Sequence record: NC_054925.1 | Direction: 5' to 3' (one strand) | DNA from: Escherichia phage vB_EcoM_NBG2 | DNA: 64,000 bases | Shown: positions 8,043 to 19,984 of the stretch, piece after piece | Numbering within the stretch: the stretch's first letter is position 1 | Layout of the letters: each line of letters opens with the position of its first letter | Program-made: the position numbers and the translations under genes | Notes under the pieces: generated by a model | Told to the model about the DNA's origin: nothing | Database searches by the model: none | The model's input: the letters and a program-made list of their open reading frames with translations, nothing else

Positions 8043-8633
8043 ATGCTCTTTACATTTTTTGATCCGATTGAATATGCGGCCAAAACGGTGAATAAAAACG
8101 CGCCGACTATTCCTATGACAGATATTTTTAGAAACTATAAAGACTATTTCAAACGCGCTCTTGCGGGATACCGTTTACGTACTTATTATATTAAAGGTTC
8201 ACCACGCCCGGAAGAATTAGCAAATGCTATATATGGAAATCCACAGTTGTATTGGGTTTTATTGATGTGTAATGATAATTATGATCCGTATTATGGATGG
8301 ATTACTTCGCAAGAAGCTGCTTATCAAGCATCTATACAAAAATACAAAAATGTAGGTGGAGACCAAATAGTATATCATGTGAATGAGAATGGTGAAAAAT
8401 TTTATAATTTAATATCATACGATGATAATCCATATGTTTGGTATGACAAAGGCGATAAAGCTAGAAAATATCCTCAATATGAAGGAGCACTTGCTGCGGT
8501 CGATACGTATGAAGCTGCTGTTCTTGAAAATGAAAAACTTCGTCAAATAAAAATAATAGCAAAATCAGACATCAATTCATTTATGAACGACCTTATACGT
8601 ATAATGGAGAAATCTTATGGAAATGATAAGTAA
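8043..8633 (+). CDS. 53: baseplate wedge protein gp53, 196 aa
   Basis: AGGAGGG RBS; size and position match T4 gp53. Confidence 0.8.
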   Translation: MLFTFFDPIEYAAKTVNKNAPTIPMTDIFRNYKDYFKRALAGYRLRTYYIKGSPRPEELANAIYGNPQLYWVLLMCNDNYDPYYGWITSQEAAYQASIQKYKNVGGDQIVYHVNENGEKFYNLISYDDNPYVWYDKGDKARKYPQYEGALAAVDTYEAAVLENEKLRQIKIIAKSDINSFMNDLIRIMEKSYGNDK

Positions 8634-10344
8634 TAACCTTAATTGGTTTGTTGGTGTTGTTGAAGATAGAATGGACCCATTAAAATTAGGTCGTGTTCGT
8701 GTTCGTGTAGTTGGTCTGCATCCACCTCAAAGAGCACAAGGCGATGTAATGGGTATTCCAACTGATAAATTACCATGGATGTCAGTTATTCAACCTATAA
8801 CTTCTGCAGCAATGTCTGGAATTGGAGGCTCCGTTACTGGTCCGGTAGAAGGAACTAGAGTTTATGGTCATTTTTTAGACAAATGGAAAACTAACGGAAT
8901 TGTTCTTGGCACGTATGGTGGAATAGTTCGCGAAAAGCCTAATAGACTTGAAGGATTTTCTGACCCGACTGGACAGTATCCTAGACGTCTAGGAAATGAT
9001 ACTAACGTATTAAACCAAGGCGGAGAAGTAGGATATGATTCGTCTTCTAATATTATCCAAGATAGTAATTTAGATACTGCGATAAATCCCGATGATAGAC
9101 CACTATCAGAGATTCCAACTGATGATAATCCAAATATGTCAATGGCTGAAATGCTTCGCCGTGATGAAGGATTAAGACTAAAAGTTTATTGGGATACTGA
9201 AGGATATCCGACAATTGGTATTGGTCATCTTATCATGAAGCAGCCAGTTCGTGATATGGCCCAAATTAATAAAGTTTTATCAAAACAAGTTGGTCGTGAA
9301 ATTACCGGAAATCCAGGTTCTATTACAATGGAAGAAGCGGTAACTTTATTTGAACGTGATTTAGCTGATATGCAACGTGACATTAAATCACATTCTAAAG
9401 TTGGCCCAGTTTGGAAAGCAGTTAATCGTTCTCGTCAAATGGCATTAGAAAATATGGCATTTCAGATGGGTGTTGGCGGTGTAGCTAAATTTAACACAAT
9501 GTTAACAGCTATGTTAGCCGGAGATTGGGAAAAAGCATATAAAGCTGGTCGTGATTCATTGTGGTATCAACAAACAAAAGGCCGTGCATCTCGTGTTACC
9601 ATGATTATTCTTACAGGGAATTTGGAATCATACGGTATTGAAGTGAAAACACCAGCTAGGTCTTTGTCGGCAATGGCTGCTACTGTAGCAAAGTCTTCTG
9701 ATCCAGCTGACCCTCCTATTCCGAATGATTCGAGAATTTTATTTAAAGAACCTGTTTCTTCATATAAAGGTGAATATCCGTATGTTCATACAATGGAAAC
9801 TGAAAGCGGTCATATTCAGGAATTTGATGATACCCCTGGGCAAGAACGATATAGATTAGTTCATCCGACTGGAACGTATGAGGAAGTGTCACCGTCAGGA
9901 AGAAGAACAAGAAAAACTGTTGATAATTTGTATGATATAACAAACGCTGACGGTAATTTTTTGGTAGCCGGCGATAAAAAGACTAACGTCGGTGGATCAG
10001 AAATTTATTACAACATGGATAATCGTCTTCACCAAATAGATGGAAGCAATACGATATTTGTGCGTGGCGATGAAACTAAGACGGTTGAAGGTAATGGAAC
10101 TATCCTAGTCAAAGGTAATGTTACTATTGTAGTTGAAGGTAATGCTGACATTACAGTTAAAGGGGATGCTACTACTTTAGTTGAAGGAAACCAGACTAAT
10201 ACAGTAAATGGAAATCTTTCTTGGAAAGTTGCTGGAACAGTTGATTGGGATGTTGGTGGTGATTGGACAGAAAAAATGGCATCTATGAGTTCTATTTCAT
10301 CTGGTCAATACACAATTGATGGATCGAGGATTGACATTGGCTAA
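8617..10344 (+). CDS. 5: baseplate hub / tail lysozyme gp5, 575 aa
   Basis: Central lysozyme-like segment (DTEGYPTIGIGH...) and C-terminal VEGN/VxGN beta-helix repeats; size matches T4 gp5. Confidence 0.9.
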   Translation: MEMISNNLNWFVGVVEDRMDPLKLGRVRVRVVGLHPPQRAQGDVMGIPTDKLPWMSVIQPITSAAMSGIGGSVTGPVEGTRVYGHFLDKWKTNGIVLGTYGGIVREKPNRLEGFSDPTGQYPRRLGNDTNVLNQGGEVGYDSSSNIIQDSNLDTAINPDDRPLSEIPTDDNPNMSMAEMLRRDEGLRLKVYWDTEGYPTIGIGHLIMKQPVRDMAQINKVLSKQVGREITGNPGSITMEEAVTLFERDLADMQRDIKSHSKVGPVWKAVNRSRQMALENMAFQMGVGGVAKFNTMLTAMLAGDWEKAYKAGRDSLWYQQTKGRASRVTMIILTGNLESYGIEVKTPARSLSAMAATVAKSSDPADPPIPNDSRILFKEPVSSYKGEYPYVHTMETESGHIQEFDDTPGQERYRLVHPTGTYEEVSPSGRRTRKTVDNLYDITNADGNFLVAGDKKTNVGGSEIYYNMDNRLHQIDGSNTIFVRGDETKTVEGNGTILVKGNVTIVVEGNADITVKGDATTLVEGNQTNTVNGNLSWKVAGTVDWDVGGDWTEKMASMSSISSGQYTIDGSRIDIG

Positions 10345-10354
10345 TATACTTCCA

Positions 10355-10873
10355 ATGAGCGCTGATTTAGGAGAATCCATGGAAGGTTCTTCTATCGACG
10401 TCACCTTTACCGCTCAATTAGAAACAGGTGAAACGTTAGTATCTATAAATATAACTAGTTACGAAGAAACTCCTGGGGTTTTAGTAGAAGAAAATCGTTT
10501 ATATGGAACGTATGAATCTGTATTTGGATTTGGAAATGACGCATTGAAATATCGTTTAGATGATGAATTTAAAACTGCTGCTTCATGGGAAGACCTTCCA
10601 ACTGATTCTAATACTCAGTTATATTTATGGAAAGCTCCTCAAAACCTCCAGAAGACATTCACTTACGAAGTAACATTAATATATGACTACCAAGAACAAA
10701 GTGAATCTGGAGGTTCTGGTAGTAATTCTAGGTCATCTTCTGATACTACTGAACCAACGGATCCTCCTGCTCCAATAAGAAAAACTCTTGTTAAAAATTA
10801 CACAAAAACTATAGTTGGAAATTGGAGCCGTTGGGCTAATAAATTGAGAAGCTACGTATATGAGAGGCAATAA
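10355..10873 (+). CDS. 5.1: gp5.1-like protein (start uncertain)
   Basis: Position between 5 and 5.4; first ATG after the gene 5 stop chosen. Confidence 0.55.
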
Positions 10874-11166
10874 TGTCAGGATTAAGTTATGATAAGTGTG
10901 TCACTGCTGGCCATGAAGCGTGGCCTCCAACAGTTGTGAATGCTACACAAAGTAAAGTATTCACTGGAGGAATTGCTGTTCTCGTAGCAGGTGATCCAAT
11001 TACAGAACATACAGAAATTAAAAAGCCATATGAAACACATGGCGGAGTGACACAACCTAGAACTTCTAAGGTATATGTCACTGGAAAGAAAGCTGTTCAA
11101 ATGGCTGATCCAATATCATGCGGTGATACTGTGGCTCAGGCATCATCTAAAGTATTCATTAAATAG
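10873..11166 (+). CDS. 5.4: gp5.4 PAAR-like spike tip protein, 97 aa
   Basis: Size and position match T4 gp5.4. Confidence 0.7.
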
Positions 11167-11174
11167 GATTTAAA

Positions 11175-13157
11175 ATGGCAAATACCCCTGTAAATTATCA
11201 ATTAACAAGAACAGCAAATGCTATTCCCGAGATATTCGTCGGGGGTACATTTGCTGAAATAAAACAAAACCTCATTGAATGGCTTAATGGTCAAAATGAA
11301 TTTTTGGATTATGATTTTGAAGGCTCAAGATTAAACGTTCTGTGCGACCTTTTGGCTTATAACACATTATACATTCAGCAGTTTGGTAATGCTGCCGTGT
11401 ATGAAAGCTTTATGCGTACTGCTAACTTACGTAGTTCAGTAGTTCAAGCGGCACAAGATAATGGATATTTACCTACTTCAAAATCAGCTGCTCAAACTGA
11501 AATTATGCTAACTTGCACAGACGCATTGAATAGAAATTACATTACTATTCCTCGTGGTACTCGCTTTTTAGCATATGCAAAAGATACTTCCGTTAATCCT
11601 TACAACTTTGTATCTACCGAAGATGTTATTGCTATTCGCGATAAAAATAACCAATATTTTCCGCGTTTAAAATTAGCCCAGGGACGTATAGTAAGAACTG
11701 AAATCATTTATGATAAATTAACACCTATTATCATTTATGACAAAAATATAGATAGAAACCAAGTTAAACTATACGTTGATGGAGCAGAATGGATTAACTG
11801 GACAAGAAAGTCAATGGTTCATGCTGGTTCTACATCAACAATTTACTACATGCGTGAAACTATTGATGGAAATACTGAATTTTATTTTGGTGAAGGTGAG
11901 ATTTCTGTTAACGCGGCAGAAGGAGCATTGACCGCTAATTATATTGGGGGTCTTAAACCTACCCAGAACTCTACGATTGTTATTGAGTACATCAGTACTA
12001 ACGGTGCAGATGCGAATGGTGCAGTCGGATTTTCATACGCAGATACATTAACAAATATAACTGTCATCAATATTAACGAAAATCCAAATGATGACCCAGA
12101 TTTTGTTGGGGCAGATGGCGGCGGCGATCCAGAAGATATTGAGCGTATTCGCGAATTGGGTACTATTAAACGCGAAACCCAGCAACGCTGCGTAACTGCG
12201 ACTGATTATGATACATTCGTTTCAGAAAGATTCGGTTCTATTATTCAAGCGGTTCAGACTTTCACTGATTCTACTAAACCTGGTTATGCATTTATTGCTG
12301 CTAAACCTAAATCAGGACTATATTTAACTACTGTACAACGTGAAGATATTAAAAATTATCTCAAAGATTATAATTTAGCTCCTATTACACCATCAATTAT
12401 TTCTCCTAATTATCTTTTTGTTAAGACTAATTTAAAAGTCACATATGCTTTAAATAAGCTGCAAGAATCAGAACAGTGGCTAGAAGGTCAAATAATTGAT
12501 AAAATTGATCGTTATTATACCGAAGATGTAGAAATTTTTAACTCATCTTTCGCTAAATCTAAGATGCTGACATACGTAGATGATGCAGATCATTCTATCA
12601 TTGGCTCATCCGCGACAATTCAAATGGTACGTGAAGTACAAAACTTCTATAAAACGCCTGAAGCGGGTATTAAATACAATAATCAAATAAAAGATCGTTC
12701 TATGGAATCTAATACGTTTTCATTTAATTCCGGACGAAAGGTTGTAAATCCTGATACTGGCTTAGAAGAAGATGTATTATATGACGTTCGTATAGTATCA
12801 ACAGACCGAGATTCTAAAGGAATTGGTAAAGTTATTATTGGTCCATTTGCTTCGGGTGATGTTACAGAAAATGAAAACATTCAGCCATATACAGGCAATG
12901 ATTTTAATAAATTAGCAAGTTCCGATGGACGTGACAAATACTATGTTATCGGTGAAATAAATTATCCAGCTGACATGATTTATTGGAATATCGCTAAAAT
13001 TAATTTAACATCCGATAAATTTGAGGTTCAGACTATTGAGCTATATTCTGATCCAATAGACGATGTTATTTTCACACGCGATGGTTCACTGATCGTATTT
13101 GAAAATGATTTACGTCCACAATACTTAACTATCGATTTGGAGCCTATATCACAATGA
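11175..13157 (+). CDS. 6: baseplate wedge protein gp6, 660 aa
   Basis: Size and synteny. Confidence 0.85.
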   Translation: MANTPVNYQLTRTANAIPEIFVGGTFAEIKQNLIEWLNGQNEFLDYDFEGSRLNVLCDLLAYNTLYIQQFGNAAVYESFMRTANLRSSVVQAAQDNGYLPTSKSAAQTEIMLTCTDALNRNYITIPRGTRFLAYAKDTSVNPYNFVSTEDVIAIRDKNNQYFPRLKLAQGRIVRTEIIYDKLTPIIIYDKNIDRNQVKLYVDGAEWINWTRKSMVHAGSTSTIYYMRETIDGNTEFYFGEGEISVNAAEGALTANYIGGLKPTQNSTIVIEYISTNGADANGAVGFSYADTLTNITVININENPNDDPDFVGADGGGDPEDIERIRELGTIKRETQQRCVTATDYDTFVSERFGSIIQAVQTFTDSTKPGYAFIAAKPKSGLYLTTVQREDIKNYLKDYNLAPITPSIISPNYLFVKTNLKVTYALNKLQESEQWLEGQIIDKIDRYYTEDVEIFNSSFAKSKMLTYVDDADHSIIGSSATIQMVREVQNFYKTPEAGIKYNNQIKDRSMESNTFSFNSGRKVVNPDTGLEEDVLYDVRIVSTDRDSKGIGKVIIGPFASGDVTENENIQPYTGNDFNKLASSDGRDKYYVIGEINYPADMIYWNIAKINLTSDKFEVQTIELYSDPIDDVIFTRDGSLIVFENDLRPQYLTIDLEPISQ

Positions 13158-16100
13158 CAGTAAAAGCACCTTCAGTCACTAGTCTCAGAATTTCCAAGTT
13201 ATCCGCAAATCAGGTGCAAGTACGCTGGGATGACGTTGGTGCTAATTTCTACTATTTTGTAGAAATCGCTGAGACAAAAACAGACTCGGGGGAAAATCTC
13301 CCGAGTAATCAATACAGATGGGTTAACTTAGGATATACTGCAAATAACAGCTTCTTTTTTGATGATGCCGACCCATTGACATCGTACATTATTAGAGTAG
13401 CTACAGCTGCGCAGGATTTTGAGCAGTCTGATTGGATTTATACTGAAGAGTTTGAAACTTTTGCTACAAACGCTTATACATTTCAAAACATGATTGAAAT
13501 GCAATTAGCTAATAAATTCATTCAGGAAAAATTTACTCTTAATAATTCTGACTATGTCAATTTTAACAATGACACTATAATGGCTGCATTGATGAATGAA
13601 TCGTTTCAATTCAGCCCATCATATGTTGATGTTTCATCAATAAGTAATTTTATTATTGGTGAAAATGAGTATCATGAAATACAAGGTTCTATTCAGCAAG
13701 TATGTAAGGATATTAACCGAGTTTATTTGATGGAATCAGAAGGGATTCTATATCTTTTTGAGCGTTATCAACCTGTAGTTAAAGTATCTAATGATAAAGG
13801 ACAAACCTGGAAAGCTGTAAAGCTCTTCAATGACCGCGTAGGATATCCTTTATCTAAGACTGTATATTACCAATCTGCGAACACAACATATGTTCTAGGA
13901 TACGACAAGATTTTCTACGGCCGCAAATCTACTGATGTTAGATGGTCAGCTGATGATGTCAGATTTAGTTCGCAGGATATAACATTCGCTAAACTTGGCG
14001 ACCAATTACATCTAGGATTTGATGTAGAAATTTTTGCCACTTACGCGACTTTACCAGCTAATGTATATCGCATTGCAGAAGCTATTACTTGCACCGATGA
14101 TTACATTTACGTTGTCGCCAGAGACAAAGTTAGATACATAAAAACGAGTAATGCACCTATAGATTCTGATCCATTATCTCCAACGTATTCGGAAAGGCTA
14201 TTTGAACCTGATACGATGACTATAACTGGAAATCCTAAAGCAGTATGTTATAAAATGGATTCTATTGGTGATAAAGTTTTTGCTCTTATTATTGGTGAAG
14301 TTGAAACATTAAATGCTAATCCTAGAACATCAAAAATAATTGATTCTGTTGATAAAGGAATATATGTTTTAAATCATGACACAAAAACGTGGAAAAGAGT
14401 TTTTGGCAACACTGAAGAAGAAAGAAGACGTATTCAACCAGGGTATGCGAATATGTCAACTGATGGTAAATTAGTTTCTTTATCTTCTAGTAATTTTAAA
14501 TTTTTAAGCGATAACGTTGTTAATGACCCTGAAACTGTGGTGAAGTATCAGTTAATCGGTGCTGTTAAATATGAATTTCCTCGTGAATGGCTAGCTGATA
14601 AGCATTATCATATGATGGCATTTATAGCAGATGAAAAATCTGATTGGGAAACTTTTACACCTCAGCCGATGAAATACTACGCAGAACCATTCTTTAACTG
14701 GTCTAAAAAATCTAACACACGCTGTTGGATAAACAACTCTGATAGAGCTGTAGTAGTTTATGCTGATTTAAAATACACCAAAGTTATAGAAAATATTCCG
14801 GAAACATCACCAGATAGATTAGTTCATGAATACTGGGATGATGGTGATTGTACGATAGTAATGCCAAATGTTAAATTCACGGGATTTAAAAAATACGCAT
14901 CTGGGATGCTTTTTTATAAGTCTTCTGGTGAAATAATTTCTTACTATGATTTTAACTATCGAGTGAGAGACACGGTTGAAATAATTTGGAAGCCAACTGA
15001 AATATTTTTAAAAGCATTTTTACAAAACCAAGAGCGTGAAACTCCTTGGTCCCCGGAAGAAGAGCATGGATTAACTGATCCTGATTTAAGACCATTGATT
15101 GGCACAATGATGCCTGATTCTTATCTGCTACAGGATTCTAATTTTGAGGCATTCTGCGAAGCATATATTCAGTATCTTTCTGATGGATATGGAACTCAGT
15201 ATAATAATTTACGAAATTTAATTCGTAACCAATATCCGCGAGAAGAGCACGCGTGGGAATATTTGTGGTCAGAGATATATAAAAGAAACATTTATTTAAA
15301 TGCTGATAAACGTGATGCTGTTGCAAGATTTTTTGAATCACGTAGCTATGATTTTTATTCTACTAAAGGAATTGAAGCATCATACAAATTTCTTTTTAAA
15401 GTTCTTTATAATGAAGAAGTTGAAATTGAAATTGAATCTGGGGCTGGTACTGAATATGATATAATCGTTCAATCTGATTCTTTAACCGAAGACTTAGTAG
15501 GACAAACGATTTATACAGCTACAGGAAGATGTAATGTTACTTATATAGAAAGAAGCTATTCTAATGGTAAATTGCAATGGACCGTAACTATTCATAATCT
15601 TTTAGGAAGATTAATTGCCGGTCAAGAAGTTAAAGCAGAAAGACTCCCTAGTTTCGAAGGAGAAATTATTCGCGGGGTTAAAGGAAAGGATTTGCTTCAA
15701 AATAATATAGACTATATTAATAGAAGTAGATCATATTATGTAATGAAAATTAAATCCAATTTACCTTCTTCCCGCTGGAAATCTGACGTTATTCGTTTTG
15801 TTCATCCAGTAGGATTTGGATTTATAGCAATTACCCTTTTAACAATGTTTATTAATGTTGGTTTAACTCTTAAACATACAGAGACTATAATTAATAAATA
15901 CAAAAACTATAAATGGGATTCTGGATTGCCTACTGAATATGCTGATAGAGTAGCCAAATTGACTCCAACCGGTGAAATTGAGCATGATTCAGTAACAGGC
16001 GAAGCAATTTATGAACCTGGCCCAATGGCTGGTGTAGAATATCCTCTTCCTGATGACTATAATGCTGAAAATAATAATTCAATATTTCAAGGTCAATTGC

Positions 16101-16252
16101 CATCTGAACGACGTAAATTAATGAGTCCTCTATTTGATGCATCTGGAACAACATTTGCGCAATTTAGGGATTTAGTTAATAAACGTCTAAAAGATAATAT
16201 AGGAAATCCAAGAGACCCTGAAAATCCAACACAGGTTAAAATAGATGAATGA
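13154..16252 (+). CDS. 7: baseplate wedge protein gp7, 1032 aa
   Basis: Size and synteny. Confidence 0.85.
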   Translation: MTVKAPSVTSLRISKLSANQVQVRWDDVGANFYYFVEIAETKTDSGENLPSNQYRWVNLGYTANNSFFFDDADPLTSYIIRVATAAQDFEQSDWIYTEEFETFATNAYTFQNMIEMQLANKFIQEKFTLNNSDYVNFNNDTIMAALMNESFQFSPSYVDVSSISNFIIGENEYHEIQGSIQQVCKDINRVYLMESEGILYLFERYQPVVKVSNDKGQTWKAVKLFNDRVGYPLSKTVYYQSANTTYVLGYDKIFYGRKSTDVRWSADDVRFSSQDITFAKLGDQLHLGFDVEIFATYATLPANVYRIAEAITCTDDYIYVVARDKVRYIKTSNAPIDSDPLSPTYSERLFEPDTMTITGNPKAVCYKMDSIGDKVFALIIGEVETLNANPRTSKIIDSVDKGIYVLNHDTKTWKRVFGNTEEERRRIQPGYANMSTDGKLVSLSSSNFKFLSDNVVNDPETVVKYQLIGAVKYEFPREWLADKHYHMMAFIADEKSDWETFTPQPMKYYAEPFFNWSKKSNTRCWINNSDRAVVVYADLKYTKVIENIPETSPDRLVHEYWDDGDCTIVMPNVKFTGFKKYASGMLFYKSSGEIISYYDFNYRVRDTVEIIWKPTEIFLKAFLQNQERETPWSPEEEHGLTDPDLRPLIGTMMPDSYLLQDSNFEAFCEAYIQYLSDGYGTQYNNLRNLIRNQYPREEHAWEYLWSEIYKRNIYLNADKRDAVARFFESRSYDFYSTKGIEASYKFLFKVLYNEEVEIEIESGAGTEYDIIVQSDSLTEDLVGQTIYTATGRCNVTYIERSYSNGKLQWTVTIHNLLGRLIAGQEVKAERLPSFEGEIIRGVKGKDLLQNNIDYINRSRSYYVMKIKSNLPSSRWKSDVIRFVHPVGFGFIAITLLTMFINVGLTLKHTETIINKYKNYKWDSGLPTEYADRVAKLTPTGEIEHDSVTGEAIYEPGPMAGVEYPLPDDYNAENNNSIFQGQLPSERRKLMSPLFDASGTTFAQFRDLVNKRLKDNIGNPRDPENPTQVKIDE

Positions 16253-17249
16253 TTCAAGTGTTATCTATCGTGCGATAGTTACTTCAAAATTTAGAACAGA
16301 AAAAATGTTGAATTTTTATAATTCAATTGGAAGTGGTCCGGATAAAAACACTATCTTTATTACATTTGGAAGATCAGAACCGTGGTCATCAAACGAAAAT
16401 GAGGTGGGATTTGCCCCACCTTATCCCACCGATTCTGTGTTAGGTGTAACTGACATGTGGACTCATATGATGGGAACCGTGAAGGTTCTTCCATCTATGC
16501 TTGATGCAGTTATTCCTCGTCGAGATTGGGGGGATACTAGATATCCGGATCCATACACATTTAGAATTAACGATATTGTAGTGTGTAACTCAGCTCCTTA
16601 CAACGCTACCGAATCAGGCGCAGGCTGGTTAGTATATCGTTGTTTAGATGTTCCTGATACCGGAATGTGCTCAATTGAGTCTTTAACTAATAAGGATGAA
16701 TGCCTTAAGTTAGGTGGAAAATGGACTCCTTCTGTTAGGTCAATGACTCCTCCTGAAGGTCGAGGAGACGCGGAAGGAACAATCGAACCTGGAGACGGGT
16801 ATGTATGGGAATATCTTTTTGAGATTCCGCCTGATGTATCTATAAACAGATGCACAAATGAATATATCGTAGTTCCTTGGCCTGAGGAATTAAAAGAAGA
16901 CCCAACTAGATGGGGGTATGAAGATAACCTCACCTGGCAGCAAGATGATTTTGGATTAATTTACCGGGTTAAGGCAAATACTATTCGTTTTAAAGCATAC
17001 TTAGATTCAGTGTATTTTCCTGAAGCTGCATTGCCAGGAAATAAAGGATTTAGACAAATATCGATAATCACGAATCCTCTTGAAGCTAAAGTTCATCCAA
17101 ATGACCCAAACGTTAAAGCTGAAAAGGATTACTATGATCCGGAAGATTTAATGAGGCATTCGGGCGAAATGATTTATATGGAAAATAGGCCACCTATTAT
17201 TATGGCAATGGATCAAACAGAAGAAATCAATATTCTGTTTACATTTTAA
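16245..17249 (+). CDS. 8: baseplate wedge protein gp8, 334 aa
   Basis: Size and synteny. Confidence 0.85.
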   Translation: MNDSSVIYRAIVTSKFRTEKMLNFYNSIGSGPDKNTIFITFGRSEPWSSNENEVGFAPPYPTDSVLGVTDMWTHMMGTVKVLPSMLDAVIPRRDWGDTRYPDPYTFRINDIVVCNSAPYNATESGAGWLVYRCLDVPDTGMCSIESLTNKDECLKLGGKWTPSVRSMTPPEGRGDAEGTIEPGDGYVWEYLFEIPPDVSINRCTNEYIVVPWPEELKEDPTRWGYEDNLTWQQDDFGLIYRVKANTIRFKAYLDSVYFPEAALPGNKGFRQISIITNPLEAKVHPNDPNVKAEKDYYDPEDLMRHSGEMIYMENRPPIIMAMDQTEEINILFTF

Positions 17250-17254
17250 ATTAA

Positions 17255-17279
17255 GGGAGCCCATGGGCTCCCTTTTTCT
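17255..17279 (+). terminator. intrinsic terminator after gene 8 (stem GGGAGCCCAUGGGCUCCC plus U5)
   Basis: Perfect palindromic stem followed by ttttt. Confidence 0.65.
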
Positions 17280-17280
17280 T

Positions 17281-17288
17281 TATAAATA
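17281..17288 (+). promoter_or_regulatory. T4 late promoter TATAAATA for gene 9
   Basis: Exact octamer 25 nt upstream of the gp9 ATG. Confidence 0.55.
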
Positions 17289-17312
17289 CTATAAACTCAT
17301 AAGGAAACCGCT

Positions 17313-18179
17313 ATGTTCATTCAAGAACCAAAGAAATTGATTGATACCGGCGAAATTGGTAACGCTTCTACTGGTGATATCTTATTCGACGGTGGTAATA
17401 AAATTAATAGTGATTTTAACGCAATTTATAACGCGTTTGGCGATCAGCGTAAAATGGCAGTAGCAAATGGCACTGGTGCTAACGGCCAAATTATCCATGC
17501 TACTGGATATTATCAAAAACACTCTATTGCAGAGTACGCAACTCCAGTAAAAGTTGGTACTAGACATGATATTGATACCTCTACTGTTGGTGTTAAAGTT
17601 ATCATTGAAAGAGGCGAACTTGGCGACTGCGTTGAATTTATTAACTCAAATGGATCAATATCAGTTACTAATCCTTTAACGATTCAAGCTATTGATTCAA
17701 TTAAAGGCGTTTCAGGTAATTTGGTAGTAACTAGCCCATATAGTAAAGTTACTTTACGTTGTATTTCATCTGATAATTCTACGTCAGTTTGGAATTATTC
17801 TATTGAAAGTATGTTTGGCCAAAAGGAATCACCGGCCGAAGGTACATGGAATATTTCTACATCTGGGTCAGTTGACATTCCATTATTTCATCGTACTGAA
17901 TATAACATGGCTAAATTGTTAGTTACATGCCAATCAGTAGATGGAAGAAAAATTAAAACAGCAGAAATAAATATTCTTGTAGATACTGTTAATTCAACGG
18001 TCATTTCTTCTGAATATGCTGTCATGCGGGTTGGGAATGAAACCGAAGAAGACGAAATCGCTAATATTGCATTTAGTATTAAAGAAAATTATGTAACGGC
18101 GACTATAAGTTCTTCAACTGTCGGTATGAGAGCAGCAGTTAAAGTTATCGCTACGCAGAAAATCGGGGTGGCTCAATAA
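17313..18179 (+). CDS. 9: baseplate protein gp9 (long tail fiber socket), 288 aa
   Basis: Size and synteny. Confidence 0.85.
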   Translation: MFIQEPKKLIDTGEIGNASTGDILFDGGNKINSDFNAIYNAFGDQRKMAVANGTGANGQIIHATGYYQKHSIAEYATPVKVGTRHDIDTSTVGVKVIIERGELGDCVEFINSNGSISVTNPLTIQAIDSIKGVSGNLVVTSPYSKVTLRCISSDNSTSVWNYSIESMFGQKESPAEGTWNISTSGSVDIPLFHRTEYNMAKLLVTCQSVDGRKIKTAEINILVDTVNSTVISSEYAVMRVGNETEEDEIANIAFSIKENYVTATISSSTVGMRAAVKVIATQKIGVAQ

Positions 18180-19984
18180 TGAAACAAAATATTAATATCG
18201 GTAATGTTGTTGATGATGGTACCGGTGACTACCTGCGTAAAGGTGGTATAAAAATAAATGAAAACTTTGATGAACTTTATTATGAACTTGGTGATGGAGA
18301 TGTTCCATATTCAGCCGGTGCCTGGAAAACTTATGATGCTTCATCTGGACAAACACTAACGGCAGAATGGGGAAAATCATACGCTATTAATACCTCTTCT
18401 GGAAGAGTAACTCTACAACTTCCTAAAGGAACTGTTAATGATTACAACAAGGTAATTAGAGCTAGAGACGTATTCGCTACATGGAACATCAATCCAGTTA
18501 CTTTAGTAGCTGCTTCCGGAGATACAATTAAAGGGTCGTCATCGTCAGTTGAAATTAATATTCAATTTAGTGATTTAGAGCTCGTTTATTGCGCTCCAGG
18601 ACGCTGGGAGTATGTCAAAAATAAGCAAATTGATAAAATTATTAGTTCAGACATTAGTAATGTAGCTCGCAAAGAATTTTTAGTTGAAGTTCAAGGGCAA
18701 ACAGACTTTTTAGATGTTTTCAATGGAACTAGTTATAATGTCAATAACATCAGAGTAAAACATCGTGGTAACGAATTGTATTACGGTGATGTATTTAGCG
18801 AAAATAGTGACTTTGGCTCTCCGGGCGAAAATGAAGGCGAATTAGTTCCTCTTGATGGATTTAATATTCGATTAAGACAGCCTTGTAATATTGGTGACAC
18901 CGTTCAAATTGAAACATTTATGGATGGTGTATCACAATGGAGAAGTTCATATACAAGACGCCAAATAAAAGTACTAGATTCAAAACTAACATCAAAGACT
19001 TCTTTAGAAGGAAGCATTTATGTTACTGATTTATCGGCGATGAAATCAATTCCATTTTCTGCATTTGGATTAATTCCTGGTGAACCCATTAATCCTAATT
19101 CTCTTGAGGTTCGTTTTAATGGAATTTTACAGCAGCAGGCTGGAACCGCTGGATATCCTCTGTTTTTGTGTGAAGGCGCTAGTTCAGATACGCGAGAAGG
19201 TTGTATATCTCTTGGTGGTGAATGGAAAGAATCAAACACAGATTATTCTATAGAATATGAAGATGGAAAACCTACCAGTCTTTTATTTGATAGAAAATTT
19301 GAATCAGGTGATATAATCGTTATAACGTGGTTCAATAATGATTTAGGAACTCTTTTAGAAAAAGATGACATTATTGAATTAACGGATGACCGTTATGTTA
19401 GCAAAGGATCATCTACCGAAGTTACTGGTGATGTAGCCTTAACAGATTTTGATAAAATCGGTTGGCCAAATGTTGAAAAAGTTGATTCTTATACTAGAAT
19501 GTATAATTCAATATCATCTATTTTCGACAGCATTTATCCTGTTGGTTCAATTTATGAAAATGCTATAAATCCAAATAATCCGGTGACTTATATGGGATTT
19601 GGTTCATGGAAATTATTTGGTAAAGGACAAGTTTTAGTAGGATGGAATGATGATGTTACGGATCCAAACTTTGCTTTAAACAATAATGATTTAGATTCTA
19701 GCGGAAATCCTTCACATACTGCCGGTGGAACAGTTGGAACAACAACGGTGACACTTGAAAACGCAAATCTTCCTGCAACTAAAACCGACGAAAGAGTTTT
19801 AATTGAAGACGAAAACGGATCAGTTATTATTGGAGGTTGCCAATATGACCCAGATGAAACTGGTCCTATATATACAAAATATCGTGAAGACTACGCAACA
19901 ACAAACTCTTCACATACTCCTCCTGCTAATATTAGTAATATTCAACCGTCTATTACTGTATACCGTTGGATAAGGATTGCATAA
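18179..19984 (+). CDS. 10: baseplate protein gp10, 601 aa
   Basis: Size and synteny. Confidence 0.85.
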   Translation: MKQNINIGNVVDDGTGDYLRKGGIKINENFDELYYELGDGDVPYSAGAWKTYDASSGQTLTAEWGKSYAINTSSGRVTLQLPKGTVNDYNKVIRARDVFATWNINPVTLVAASGDTIKGSSSSVEINIQFSDLELVYCAPGRWEYVKNKQIDKIISSDISNVARKEFLVEVQGQTDFLDVFNGTSYNVNNIRVKHRGNELYYGDVFSENSDFGSPGENEGELVPLDGFNIRLRQPCNIGDTVQIETFMDGVSQWRSSYTRRQIKVLDSKLTSKTSLEGSIYVTDLSAMKSIPFSAFGLIPGEPINPNSLEVRFNGILQQQAGTAGYPLFLCEGASSDTREGCISLGGEWKESNTDYSIEYEDGKPTSLLFDRKFESGDIIVITWFNNDLGTLLEKDDIIELTDDRYVSKGSSTEVTGDVALTDFDKIGWPNVEKVDSYTRMYNSISSIFDSIYPVGSIYENAINPNNPVTYMGFGSWKLFGKGQVLVGWNDDVTDPNFALNNNDLDSSGNPSHTAGGTVGTTTVTLENANLPATKTDERVLIEDENGSVIIGGCQYDPDETGPIYTKYREDYATTNSSHTPPANISNIQPSITVYRWIRIA